Shown here: in pieces, positions 1-10,872 of the stretch
Numbering within the stretch: the stretch's first letter is position 1
How the letters are laid out: each line of letters opens with the position of its first letter
NCBI RefSeq assembly: GCF_038025025.1
Contig: NW_027117347.1
Coordinates: 930,001 to 994,000, forward strand
Direction: 5' to 3'
From: Phyllosticta citribraziliensis
Taxonomy: Eukaryota
Length of the DNA stretch: 64,000 nucleotides
Notes under the pieces: generated by a model
Databases searched by the model: none
The model's input: only the letters and a program-made list of their open reading frames with translations
What the model was told of the DNA's origin: nothing
Translations under genes and position numbers: made by a program

Positions 1-3000
1 GTCGAGCGACAATCCGCCCATATTCCGCGGCGTTGTAGCGCATGTCAACGGATACACTCAGCCGTCCCTCAACGATTTGCACAAGCTTATAGTAACCCAC
101 GGCGGAGGATTCATGCAATACCTAGACGGGAAGACGACTGTCACTCACATCATCGCGAGTAGCTTGACTCCGAAAAAGGCCGTAGAGTTCCGCAGATACC
201 GCATCGTGAAGCCAGCATGGGTGGTCGACAGTGTGCAAGCTGGAAAGCTTTTGCCTTGGGATAATTACCGAGTCGTTGACGAAGGTGCAGGACAAAAGAT
301 CCTCGGCTTTGAAAATGGAAAGGTCGTCAACCAGGCCAACACGAGACAAAGAGGCTACCGGGACCAAACAGATGCCAGCTGGTACACCAGCCAACTCAGA
401 CAGGAGGAGAGCACACCCAAGAGTTCCTATCGCCCACTATTCTTATCACAAACCTTCCCGTCACCATCAGTACATGATGAAATTGATGATCTACCCCCTT
501 CCCATCAGCCGCAAGCTGAATTCAACGAAGCCAGGTTGGAGCAGGATGACGACGTGTGGCCAGCTGAGCAGTCACTCGTCACTCCGCCGAAAAGCGAGCC
601 TGTCCAGCCCGAACAGTCTACCGAGCCTCGGGGCGTCAAAAGGACGAGCGATGAGCAAGAAGACTCGCCATCCAAACGCAAAAAGATGACAGCTGAGGAG
701 CACAATGCCATCTTGCTGTCGGATCCTAAAATGTGGAAGTCGACAGTCGTCAATCCCGAGTTCCTGGAACAGTACTACAGGGAGTCTCGTCTCCATCATC
801 TTTCGACGTGGAAAGCGGACCTCAAGTCGCAACTCCAGGCCATGGCGGCGGAAAAGTCTTCGTCGCAAAAAGCAAAACAAAAACGAGTTCCTGGAAGCCG
901 GAGATATATCCTTCATGTAGATTTTGACAGCTTCTTCGCAGCTGTTTCGCTCAAAAAATGCCCCCAATACAAGGAACTACCGGCCGTCGTCGCTCATGGT
1001 GGCGGCAGTGGCTCTGAGATTGCCAGCTGCAATTATCCTGCCCGCAAATATGGCATCAAAAATGGCATGTGGATGAAGCGAGCACAGGATCTTTGTCCAG
1101 ATCTCAAGGTTTTGCCATATGACTTTCCGGCCTACGAAGAAGCAAGCCGAGCCTTTTACGAAGCCATTCTCGCTACTGGGGGCGTCGTTCAAAGTGTTAG
1201 CATCGACGAAGCACTCGTGGATGTTTCCATTCAGTGCATTGCCCTCGGCGGCTCGGATGGCAAAAAGATGACCGAGAGCAGCATTTACCGCGAACAGAAA
1301 GAGGCAGACAAAATTGCTCAATCTTTGAGAGATGAAGTCAAAGCCAAGACTGGTTGCGCTGTCTCTGTGGGAATTGGGTCCAACATCCTTTGCGCCAAGC
1401 TCGCTCTGCGCAAGGCAAAGCCCGCTGGTCAGCACCAGATCAAGCCTGAGGATATCCAAGAGTTTATCGGGGAACTCGAAGTCACCAACCTGCCAGGTGT
1501 CGCCTACAGCATCGGTGCGAAGCTTGAAGAAATAGGCATCAAATATGTAAAGGACATTCGCTCTATCACCAGAGAGCGTTTGACAACCGCGCTGGGCCCA
1601 AAGACTGGAGAGAAGATCTGGGACTACTCCCGGGGAATCGATCGAACAGAAGTTGGAGACCAAGTGATTCGAAAATCCGTTTCAGCAGAGGTCAATTGGG
1701 GAGTCAGGTTCGCAAATCATGAGCAAGCTGATGATTTCATCCACAACCTGTCTGGCGAGCTGCATCGACGCCTTGCAAAGGAAAACGTCAAAGGGCGTCA
1801 GCTCACGATGAAGATCATGAAGCGATCTCCCGATGCTCCCATGGATCCCCCGAAGCATCTCGGTCATGGTAAGTGCGATACTTTCAACAAGAGTGTGGCC
1901 CTTGGGGTGGCGACATGCGCAAAGGAAGTCATTTCGAAAGAAGCTCTGTCCATTTTGAAAAGCTACGGATTCTCACCAGGCGAGCTGCGAGGCATCGGCC
2001 TTCAAATGACCAAATTGGAGCCCTGGAAGGGCACTGGAGAGGCTGAGAGCAGCCAACGTCGCCTACAATTCAAAATCACGGAATCAGCCAAGCCTCTACC
2101 TTCAAAAGAGTCGGATGATCCCATTCAGGATGACATTGTCACGCCAAAAAAGCCAAAGGCGCGTCCCGACAGTGTGCATTTTGGCTCCTCGCAGTTGAAC
2201 TCGGACAGCCCAAGCCGCAAGCCCCTCAACACGCTTGGTACCCAGTTTATTTTGCCTTCACAAGCCGACCCGAAAGTTTTGGAAGAGCTTCCACGTGATA
2301 TCCGCGAAAGGTTGGCCAAGCACGCGAAAGTTTCCTTGCGCCCTCAAGATGTCCCAGTGGAAACAGTTGAAGACGGTCAAGCCGGGATGGGCGATGACCC
2401 CTTTTTCGACAGGAAAGGCATACCAGCTGGAACCATTCTGCCCAATGAATCGCAGCTGGACCCCGAAACACTTTCAGCCCTGCCTTCTGATGTCCGCGCA
2501 GAAATACTTGCCTTTTATCGCCAGTCTCCAGGATCGCCAGAGCCAGGGCAATTTCGTGCTCGGCAGCGTGACCAGGCTGTCTTACCGCAGTCCCCTCGGA
2601 AGAACCGTACAGTCAATCCCTCCAAGAAGCCTAAACCCGTCGCATTTCCAGGTCTTCGCAAACGCGGTCGCCCACCAAAGGCCGCCACGCTGGCAGCTGC
2701 AGCCGCGGCGGCAAGTCATCCAACACTGACGCAGTCCAACTTCGTTGCAACAAAGCTGGCGCGCAGAGCTCAGAGCAACGATGCGTCCACAACGGAAACG
2801 GAAGGTGACGCGGCAGAAACGGAGTCAGATGGCGAGGCGGAAATTTCGCCGGACTTCTTGGATGCCTTGCCCGACGACATACGCCGCGAAGTCTTGGAAG
2901 AGCAGCGTCGTGCCCGACTCAGGAAGAAAGGAGGCCTAGGGCTGAATGCCCCGAAGCACAACACCGGATCAGCTGCTTCTCACGCGCTGCCTCCGGGACA

Positions 3001-3346
3001 GAGAACGCTTCGGCTGCCTCCCCGCGTGCCCCGTCCGACCTTTACCACGAGGAAGTTGTGGGAGTCGGGAGAACTCAGAGAGGCTGTAAAGGAATGGATC
3101 TACGAGTTCAACGACGAGGGTCCATATCGCGAGGATGTACAGGCGCTGGGGACGTACCTGCAAAAGGTGGTGGGTGAGGAGAGAGACATGAACAAGGTTG
3201 TCGGTCTGGTGAAGTGGTTTGTGTGGATTATCGGGGAGGAGAAACTCAAGGCAAGGAGCAAATGGGATCAAGCACTGGACCAGGTCAAGTCCATGGTGCA
3301 GGATGCTGTCCGGGCGAGAGGATTGGGAGCTATCCTGTTCGATTAG
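1..3346 (+). CDS. REV1: DNA repair protein REV1 (BRCT + Y-family polymerase), 5'-partial
   Basis: Frame is open from base 2 (GVVAHVNGYTQPSLNDLHKLIVTHGG, BRCT). Y-family motifs SRLHHLSTWK, ILHVDFDSFF, IASCNYPAR and SIDE are present, followed by UBM-like repeats and a C-terminal domain. The start lies upstream of the window. Confidence 0.95.
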   Translation, partial: SSDNPPIFRGVVAHVNGYTQPSLNDLHKLIVTHGGGFMQYLDGKTTVTHIIASSLTPKKAVEFRRYRIVKPAWVVDSVQAGKLLPWDNYRVVDEGAGQKILGFENGKVVNQANTRQRGYRDQTDASWYTSQLRQEESTPKSSYRPLFLSQTFPSPSVHDEIDDLPPSHQPQAEFNEARLEQDDDVWPAEQSLVTPPKSEPVQPEQSTEPRGVKRTSDEQEDSPSKRKKMTAEEHNAILLSDPKMWKSTVVNPEFLEQYYRESRLHHLSTWKADLKSQLQAMAAEKSSSQKAKQKRVPGSRRYILHVDFDSFFAAVSLKKCPQYKELPAVVAHGGGSGSEIASCNYPARKYGIKNGMWMKRAQDLCPDLKVLPYDFPAYEEASRAFYEAILATGGVVQSVSIDEALVDVSIQCIALGGSDGKKMTESSIYREQKEADKIAQSLRDEVKAKTGCAVSVGIGSNILCAKLALRKAKPAGQHQIKPEDIQEFIGELEVTNLPGVAYSIGAKLEEIGIKYVKDIRSITRERLTTALGPKTGEKIWDYSRGIDRTEVGDQVIRKSVSAEVNWGVRFANHEQADDFIHNLSGELHRRLAKENVKGRQLTMKIMKRSPDAPMDPPKHLGHGKCDTFNKSVALGVATCAKEVISKEALSILKSYGFSPGELRGIGLQMTKLEPWKGTGEAESSQRRLQFKITESAKPLPSKESDDPIQDDIVTPKKPKARPDSVHFGSSQLNSDSPSRKPLNTLGTQFILPSQADPKVLEELPRDIRERLAKHAKVSLRPQDVPVETVEDGQAGMGDDPFFDRKGIPAGTILPNESQLDPETLSALPSDVRAEILAFYRQSPGSPEPGQFRARQRDQAVLPQSPRKNRTVNPSKKPKPVAFPGLRKRGRPPKAATLAAAAAAASHPTLTQSNFVATKLARRAQSNDASTTETEGDAAETESDGEAEISPDFLDALPDDIRREVLEEQRRARLRKKGGLGLNAPKHNTGSAASHALPPGQRTLRLPPRVPRPTFTTRKLWESGELREAVKEWIYEFNDEGPYREDVQALGTYLQKVVGEERDMNKVVGLVKWFVWIIGEEKLKARSKWDQALDQVKSMVQDAVRARGLGAILFD

Positions 3347-3945
3347 GCCAAAGCGAAATATTAGCAGGAAACTTGATGCGTAATGTGTCTCCTCGAGGCC
3401 GCTCCAGATGTTCGGCCTCCTCGGTTCGGCCTCCCGGGTCGGAGTCGGGCATCGGAGCGTCGGGCTGTTAATGAGCCCGTCTCCGTATCATCCAATCCTG
3501 CCACGTCGTGAAGCGTTGCCTAGCGAGTCAAACGCACCATAGTAAAATAGAGTTTGGAGACAGGAGGCGTCCAAGTACCGAATGTTGCATCTTACGAGTA
3601 CCGAGCAGTGCTGTTGCTCATTGGCTTTGCTGGTGTCGAGCAACACCAGGCGTCGGCGCCAATCGGCAGCCCTGCAGTCGCGCCCCGGACAGACAGCTCA
3701 GCTCAGCTGGATGCGGAATAGATCCAGGCACTTTAGCCAACCAGCCCCCATTGGATCCTCCTGGTCGGGGAATCACCTGATTGCTGACAAGCCAGGGAGC
3801 TCCAAGTGATATATGAATCGCCCGTTTCTTGTCTTACCTTTGTACTCTTTAACATCGCGCTGCCGTGCCATATATCACCCGTCACTCGTCACTCCTGCCC
3901 AGCTAACGTAAAGTCCTCGTTCACTCGACAGAGCACACACCCACC

Positions 3946-4691
3946 ATGTCACTACTCACCCAAGACTGGAATAGCTCGCCAATCGTCCGCACGGCGCAAG
4001 TCGTGGGCATCACGAGCGCCTTCATGATAGCCGGTGCGTCACAGCAGAACTTCGGCCCTCGGAAAAGCAATACATCAAGCTGACCTTCCGTTCGCTCAAA
4101 GGTGGCTCTGGATACATCAGTTACGGCGCGCTCCCCGCATACAAGGTGCTGCCTGCGCCGCTGAAGATCAAGCAATGGCAACTCAACTTTGAGGCGGGCA
4201 AAGCTGCAGCTCCCTGGTTTGGCCTCGCTGGCGGCATCTCCTTCAGCTACTTGATCTGGCATCGTGAGTCCATCACCCTGCGCGCGCGCAAGCTGTCGCA
4301 AGCGGTCGCTGTGCGTCGCGAGACTCGCGCGAGACAGGCACACAGCTGAGAAATGGCGAATGTATGGATGGTCGCTAATTATCTTCCAGAAAGCCAGGTT
4401 GCTGGACCGTCGCGCGCCTTGTACCTGTACACCCTTGCAGGCGTGCTGCTCCCGAGTATCGTGCCTTACACGAAGGTGGTCATGAAGAATGTCAACAATC
4501 GCTTGGCAGCCAAGGTCAAGGAGCTATCAACTGCTCAGCAGGGCGACGATGCGTGGACCGAGAAGGGCGTGCCCGCTGACGACACGGTCGACGCGTTGGT
4601 GGACCAGTGGAGGCGGTTGAATGCTGTGCGCGCGGTGGCTGGCTTTGTTGGCGGCGTTTCTGGGTTGATCGCGTTGGTTTGGAGGGACTAG
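3946..4691 (+). CDS. DUF1772 / anthrone-oxygenase-like membrane protein, 3 exons
   Basis: ATG at 3946 in a ccaccATG context. Two introns (GTGCGT...CTGAC...AAAG and GTGAGT...CTAAT...CCAG) join hydrophobic helices with QWQLNFEAGK, IVPYTKVVMKNVNNRL and LVDQWRRLNAVR, typical of fungal DUF1772 proteins. Confidence 0.75.
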
Positions 4692-5137
4692 ATTTAGATC
4701 GAGACTGGGACTGAGGTGTGGTTTTGGGATAGCTTCTTGTCTTGTGAGTTTTTGTTGAATGTTCCCTTGCAATGTGGGAGTTGGTTTGCCCTGAACAATG
4801 GGTTGGAAAACGAACGGGCAGACAGATGTCTATATAATTGGTCGCTCAGCCCTCCCGACAGGCGAGTCTGTATAATTGATGAACATCTGTACATGAAAGG
4901 AAAATGAACACATCAGTACGATGTACGGACAAGCTGTGTCCATGTGAGGAGCCGTGGACTGGCCACCACTTTCGGCTAGAGCGCACAGCGGGGCGGAAAT
5001 TGCCAAGACGCTAAGACTTGTCTCCGCAACCACGCTAAAACTCATCAGCCCAGACAGCCACCACCGTTGAGCTACCTGGCGACCGCTTCCCGTTGTCAAA
5101 ACCAACACCAACCACGGGCTGCTTGTCTCCGAGAGAC

Positions 5138-8033
5138 ATGGGCCAAGGGTCTTCACAGCTCGACGCAGACACTCCAAACGCCCCCGACACTGTCGAGTCG
5201 TCCGGCGTGAACGTCATGTCAGGTCAAGGTGAGTGCGCGCCGCTCAATGCTTCAGGCGCAACGCGTCGATACACACACTTTGTCGCTTCGCTTACAAGCA
5301 TCGTGCTCTTCTTCCGCTTCTTGACTTAGCGCTGACTTGGGATCTGCAGAAGACGACATGGCCGCTTCGAGCCAATTGGCCTCTGAGGAATTGACGTCGA
5401 AACATCGTCCCAAAAACAAGGATAGAAAGAAAAAGAGCTCCAAGAGAAAAAGTGAAGGCTCGGTCAAAAATCAAGAAGCTAGTCCCCTCACCAACGGTCA
5501 CGGCAAAAGTGTTGAGGCGCCCTCGAAGGCTACTGCGCCGGCAGAATCGCCTGCTGTGAAGGTCCCCAAGGATACAATGGCACAGCAAGCGGCTGCGACG
5601 GACGCGAAGGATAATGTGAAGAAGAGCAAAAGAAAATCTGCCAAGGCTGCAGAAGCAGAGAGCGTTTCCGATGTTGCGCATGAAAAGCCCAGCAAGAAGC
5701 GCAAGAGGAAATCGAAAGAGGCTGCGGACCTCAAGGCCACAGCACAACTAGACACCGAACCGGCCGCGGCGGACCTTGCGCGTACACCGAATCGTCCTGA
5801 GAACGAGGAGAAGCCGGCCAAAAAGTTGAAGAACTGCAAGCGCTTGAGTAAAGCAGGCGCTTTTCCCACGCCGCTCAAAGAGACGCCGATCCCTCCGCCC
5901 GTCGCTCTGCCCAGAACCCCAGAGGACCACAAGGATCAAACGCCGAGCAAAAGCAAGAAAAAGGCGCGAGGTTCAGAGGGAGGTGAACGGCCTGATAAGG
6001 AAAACGTGCGTTCCGCGTCTCCAGGATCGAATGATGCCAAGGTCGAAGATACCCGGGAGCTTGACGAAGTTCCCAGCAAGAAACAAAAGAAAGACAAGAA
6101 AGACAAGAAGGAGAAGAGGGAGAAGCGTGAGAAAAAGGAAAAGAAGTCTCGGCGCAGCGATGCCTTGCCAACTCAGGAGTCGTCTGGTTCACAAGATAAT
6201 CCGTCTACGGTGCCCCAGATCGCCATGCCTCAGACGGCTTCGAGTAGATTGTCTGCAGCTGATGACTCGATGATCGATCCAGCACTCTTGCCTCAAAATG
6301 GAACTCAGAACGGACAACATGTCAACGGTCTAGGCGAGGAACAGCCATCTCAGAAAAAGTCAAAGAAGTCAAAGTCATCGCGACGCAGCGAGAAGGCCGA
6401 GACACGCAACGAGGTCGAAGCTGTGCGCAAACCCGCTGAAAAAGTCCACCGGGAAAAATCGAAAAATGGTCTATTTGACACTTCCGATGCGCATGAGCGG
6501 ACGGGTCAGACTGCCTACATCGAGCATCAGAAGAAGAAGGAGAAGCGCAAGAGGGAGTCCGAGCAGGTAAACGACTCAACTGCCAATGGCTTACAGGTAT
6601 TGCCATCGACAGCGCCCGAACCGACCCAAGAACCCCGGCCCATAAAGCGAAAGACCAAGGCGAGCGAGACAGAAACTCACCAAGATACGAATTCAAAGGG
6701 CGAGAAGAAGGGCACCTTTGGGGACTCTGATGACTTTCCATCTTCTGGGCCATACACGAAAATGGAGATTGCGACACTGACGAGGGCGATCGATACGTAC
6801 CGCGACTTTTACGAATTGACGCCGCGACAGGTCAACGACATCGTCCAAGCCGGAGTTTTTGCCGAGGTTCACAACAAGTCTTGCAAAGCCTTCTGGGACG
6901 AGGTTTGCCCGTGTCTTCCCAATCGCTGGTCACGCGAAACCATCATCAAGTTCGTGCGTCGAAAATGGCACAATTACGAGAAGCGAGGCAAATGGGATCC
7001 AGAAGAGGATGACATGCTGAGAGAGGCTTATGCTCGGTTCCCTGGCCAGTGGACAAACATTGGCGGTGAGCTAGGCCGCTTCCCCGACGACTGCAGAGAT
7101 CGATGGCGCAATTACCTTTCCTGCAGTGACACCATGTCCACCAAGCGCTGGCACGACAGCGAAGTGAACGAGCTGCTCAACATTGTCCAAGAATGCCTCA
7201 ATTCCCTTTTGGAGAGACTGCCGGAAGACCAGCAGCAGCGCTGGCGAGAAGAGCTGCAGTGCACTGAGCCTAGGAAAATCTGGATGCCCAAAGAAATCCA
7301 AAACCTTGTTCGCAAGATGCCCATCTGCATGGACGCTCTCCGTGCAGCGTTTGCGCAGAAACACCCACGTAGCACTGGCCAGAAGCGTGCAACCGACAGA
7401 CGCCGTGGTTCAGGCGAAACTGACAGCTCCGTCGTTATCAACTGGGACTTGGTGTCGGAGAAGATGGGCAAGAAGCGCAGCCGTTTGCAGATCATGAGCA
7501 AGTGGAAAGCCCTCGAGAACATGTACACGGGCGAGCTCAAGGACTCCTTCTTCACCGAAGCCAACCACTGGCGCATAGAAAATGGGCAAAAGTGGGCTGA
7601 AAACATGCTGCCAGGTGACAAGTACAACATCGTCCTTGCCATGAAAGACCTTGGTCTCACCAATGAGGAGCGCATCGTCTGGAACACGGTCGCCTACCAC
7701 GACCTTGTGCGCCTGCGCTGGGCCCACCAAGCCAAGATGACGTGGCTGCTCATGAAGAGCCTTGTTCCGCCCAAAGACAGCCTGCCCAAGACGCTCGAGG
7801 CTCTCAAAAGGTACTACGAGAAGAACCACGCGGGCGAACTGGACAAGCACTGGCACAAGCCGCGCAAAGGCTCGAAGAGCGCGACTCAGAGCCGCGAAGC
7901 GAGCGAAGCTGCAACCAACGGCAATGGCACTGGAGAGCTTGAGTGGAGAGGTGGTGTCAAGTTTCCCAAAGAGACTAAAAGTGCCGCCTGGGTGTCGAAT
8001 GAGGATGAAGAGGATGACAACGGCGGGCAGTGA
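5138..8033 (+). CDS. Myb-domain DNA-binding protein, Reb1/Nsi1/TTF1-like (Pol I termination factor family)
   Basis: Lys-rich N-terminal half, then Myb repeats (GKWDPEEDDML...WTNIGGELGRFPDDCRDRWRNY; INWDLVSEKMGKKRSRLQIMSKW). Predicted exon 1 is 5138-5228, followed by intron 5229-5349 (GTGAGT...GCTGAC...CTGCAG), which joins in frame. Confidence 0.85.
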
Positions 8034-8134
8034 GAGGGATTCGATACGCGGTATCTCGATCATCCTGGGTGTCAGAGGAGGATGAAGAGGACGACAACGG
8101 CGAGCAGCGAGTGGAGTACCGGGATCTCAATCAT
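7987..8134 (+). repeat. Imperfect tandem duplication (77 + 71 bp) spanning the Myb gene stop codon
   Basis: cctgggtgtc..gaggatgaagagga.gacaacggcg.gcag...atctc.atcat occurs at 7987-8063 and again at 8064-8134. Confidence 0.85.
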
Positions 8135-8596
8135 GGGTCGGAGTTTAGGAGGAAAAAGTCGTTGCTCTTTCATACCCTCCATGGCTGACATGGCTTCTAC
8201 AGCCTCTAGGCGCTTAATACCGTCATATTGGGCTCGAAGTCCCTAAATGAAGGAAATTAGCATTTCCAAGTGGCTGATTTGAAACCCCCTTGACCTCCAG
8301 GTGAAGAGACCAGTATATATTTGCTCAGGCTGAGACGAGACGCCATGTTTTCTTCTCATTCTGAACTTTGGTACGCTCCATCTAGTTACCGAAACAAGCA
8401 ATTTGCATGCCAAAAGTCACGATATATGCAGCGCTGGACGGAAATGCAGCATGCTGATATGCCAGATGATGCTTCCCACAACCAAGGGCATCCCTCTCCT
8501 ATCGATCCTCACGAACTGAGCCACGCGCGTCCATCAATTTTGTATATCCCCACGACGCTGTTCTCCTGTTCCCACCGTGTCCACCGCCTCTTAAAA

Positions 8597-10872
8597 CTAC
8601 TCGTCATCCTCGCCATCCCTGTCCCTCTTCTTCCTCTCCAACAATTTGACATCGCCCTCGGCGCCGGGAGGCAGCCACCTAATCGTAACGGCGAAAACCA
8701 CGGCCAGGAGGAAGAAGACGAGCCAGACGAGGTAGCCGCCGAGCAGGTGGCCGCGGACGCCGACGGCGTAGAAGCTGGCGAAGGCGGCGGGGGCGAAGGC
8801 GCGGACGCCGCTACCGAGCGACAGTGCGACGGCGTTGAGCGTACCGAGCGTGGCGGGTGAGGGGGAGATGTCATTTAAGGTCAGGGTCGAGCATGCTACG
8901 TGTGTCGGTCAGTTGGGTCAGTTTTGGATGTTTGGGCGGGGGATATATGGTAAAGGAGGTTGTCAAGGGAGTGTAGGGTAGGAGAGTGCACATACTATAC
9001 GACATCGCAACACCGCTGCCCAAAACGCCATTCAGCAGCGCAGCCGTCCAAAAAGCGCGCACAAAGCCCGCCCGCAGCAGCAGACTGCCAACTGGGTACA
9101 TGACGAAAACGAGCGGCCAAAAGAGCGCGCAGCCACGGAACACGGCACCAGTGCTGTAGCGGCGCTGCAGCGGCGGGAACACGAGCAGTACCCACAGTGT
9201 CTGCGAGATGCCCAGCAGCGCCATGTACAGCGAGATTTGCAGCGGGCTGAAGCCGTAGCCGCCCAGCTCGGGCCGCGTGAAGAGGAAGACGGGAAGTACG
9301 GCCGTGAAGGAGAGCGCGATTATCATGGTCCAGCTGTGTGGGTAGCGCGCGTTAGATGGTGAATAGGGGAGAGGGGTGTGCAGTCTCACAAGTATATCAC
9401 CAGAACCATCCCGACGCCAGGGGCACAGAGGACTTCCCACGTCGACATGGGCTTAGCGGAGCTGGAGGAGCCCCTTGTCTTGCGCTTGAGCGTCTGTCAA
9501 TCTGTTAGTACCGGAAGTCAATGTCAGAGAGCCGCAAACACGCACCTCCTTGGTGAAGAAGGCATTGGCCAACAGGGCTGTCCAGGCAATACCGCCAATT
9601 GCGAAGCCGGGAAGGCAGTACGGATAGTCCTTTAGGAATTGATTGTTTCCGAATACCGACGGCAGCTGTTCTGCAGGGTTTGATAGAGCACCACCTAACA
9701 CGGTCAGCCGGATGAATCGAGGTACAGGAGCAGCACCATAACATACCAATCAATGGACCAAACATGATGCCAATGTTACTCGACGTGCTAAACCAGCTGA
9801 ATGCCCTCGCTTGCGTCTTTGGCGTCGAAATTTCTGAAATCATTGCGCGGACGGTCCTGAAATCTTCAGGTAAGCAAGCAGACAACGAGGACTACTGTGT
9901 GTTCTTCAACACCTTGTGGAGACAGGTACTTACACAATCACACCACCAAAAATCCCGGCCATGCATCGAAACAGTACCATTTGCCAAAACGACTTTGCCA
10001 TGCCAAAAATCGATATCGACAGCGCGATGCCGGTCATTGAGAACAGCAGTACTGGTTTGCGGCCGATTCGATCTGCCGCGCGGCCCCATGGTATCATGAC
10101 GAGCATTTGGGTGAATGAGAAGAGCGATTCCTGTCGAACCAGGTCAGACACGTAACTACAAGGTGAACGATTGCTTATGGGAGTTGAGTTGGCGTACAAT
10201 GAGTCCAGAGTAGAATCCCAAGTCCTCTTCCTTGACGTCGCCCGTATCCATGATCATCTAAAACATTCTGGAGTCAGCATATCGCATTCGAGAAGATACT
10301 GCAACAGTTAAGAGTCGAGTTCTAGCCCATTGGTGAGGCCAGCACAAGCAAACACACCTTGTTGATAAAGGGGAAAATGCAGAAAAAGGCAAGTGGCTCG
10401 ACGAATCTACAGCAGCGGCGACATCAGCACTTCTCCACTTTGCAACAATGACAGAAACAAAAGAAAAACGGAGGACGCTAAACACTCCAACGCACCGCGC
10501 GTAGCACACCAAAAACAGTTGCCCTGTTGGCAACGGCCTGTCCTCGTCATACTCCTCTTCTTCCGAATCCTCCGAAGAATCCGTGCCATACCGAGGTTGC
10601 GTCTCGCGTTTCTTCCCGGTTCTTGCATTTGACAGCAGGCTTCCGTTGCCTCCCACCACCAGAGGCGCATCGCCTGCCGTTTCGACGGCTACGGCCACGG
10701 CCGCGGCAGTGGCGCTCGTGCCTCCGGGTAGCAGCGGCGAAGACTCATCTGGATCGCGGAGGATACTCTTGGACGACTTGGACGACGAGGGCCTGGAGGA
10801 GGACGAAGAATATGAGGATGGTTGCTGTCGGGTCATCGTTGGCGTTGCCGAGGTCGTCCGAAACCACTTCAT
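8597..10872 (-). CDS. MFS transporter (YCR023C/ZIF-like), multi-exon
   Basis: MFS motif A (WGRAADRIGRKPVLL), VRAMISEISTPKTQARAFSWF, GPLIGG and FLKDYPYCLP. The last exon reads NDISPSPATLGTLNAVAL...RDGEDDE* with its stop at 8597-8599. ATG at 10872 (MKWFRTTS). Internal exon boundaries were not all resolved. Confidence 0.88.

Noticed and set aside
4263..4390. CG-rich palindromes in the DUF1772 second intron, considered as a MITE
   Set aside because: Short, with no terminal inverted repeats or target-site duplication.
8509..8874. 121-aa ORF as the last MFS exon
   Set aside because: Wrong frame. The hydrophobic MFS C-terminus is in another frame that stops at 8597.
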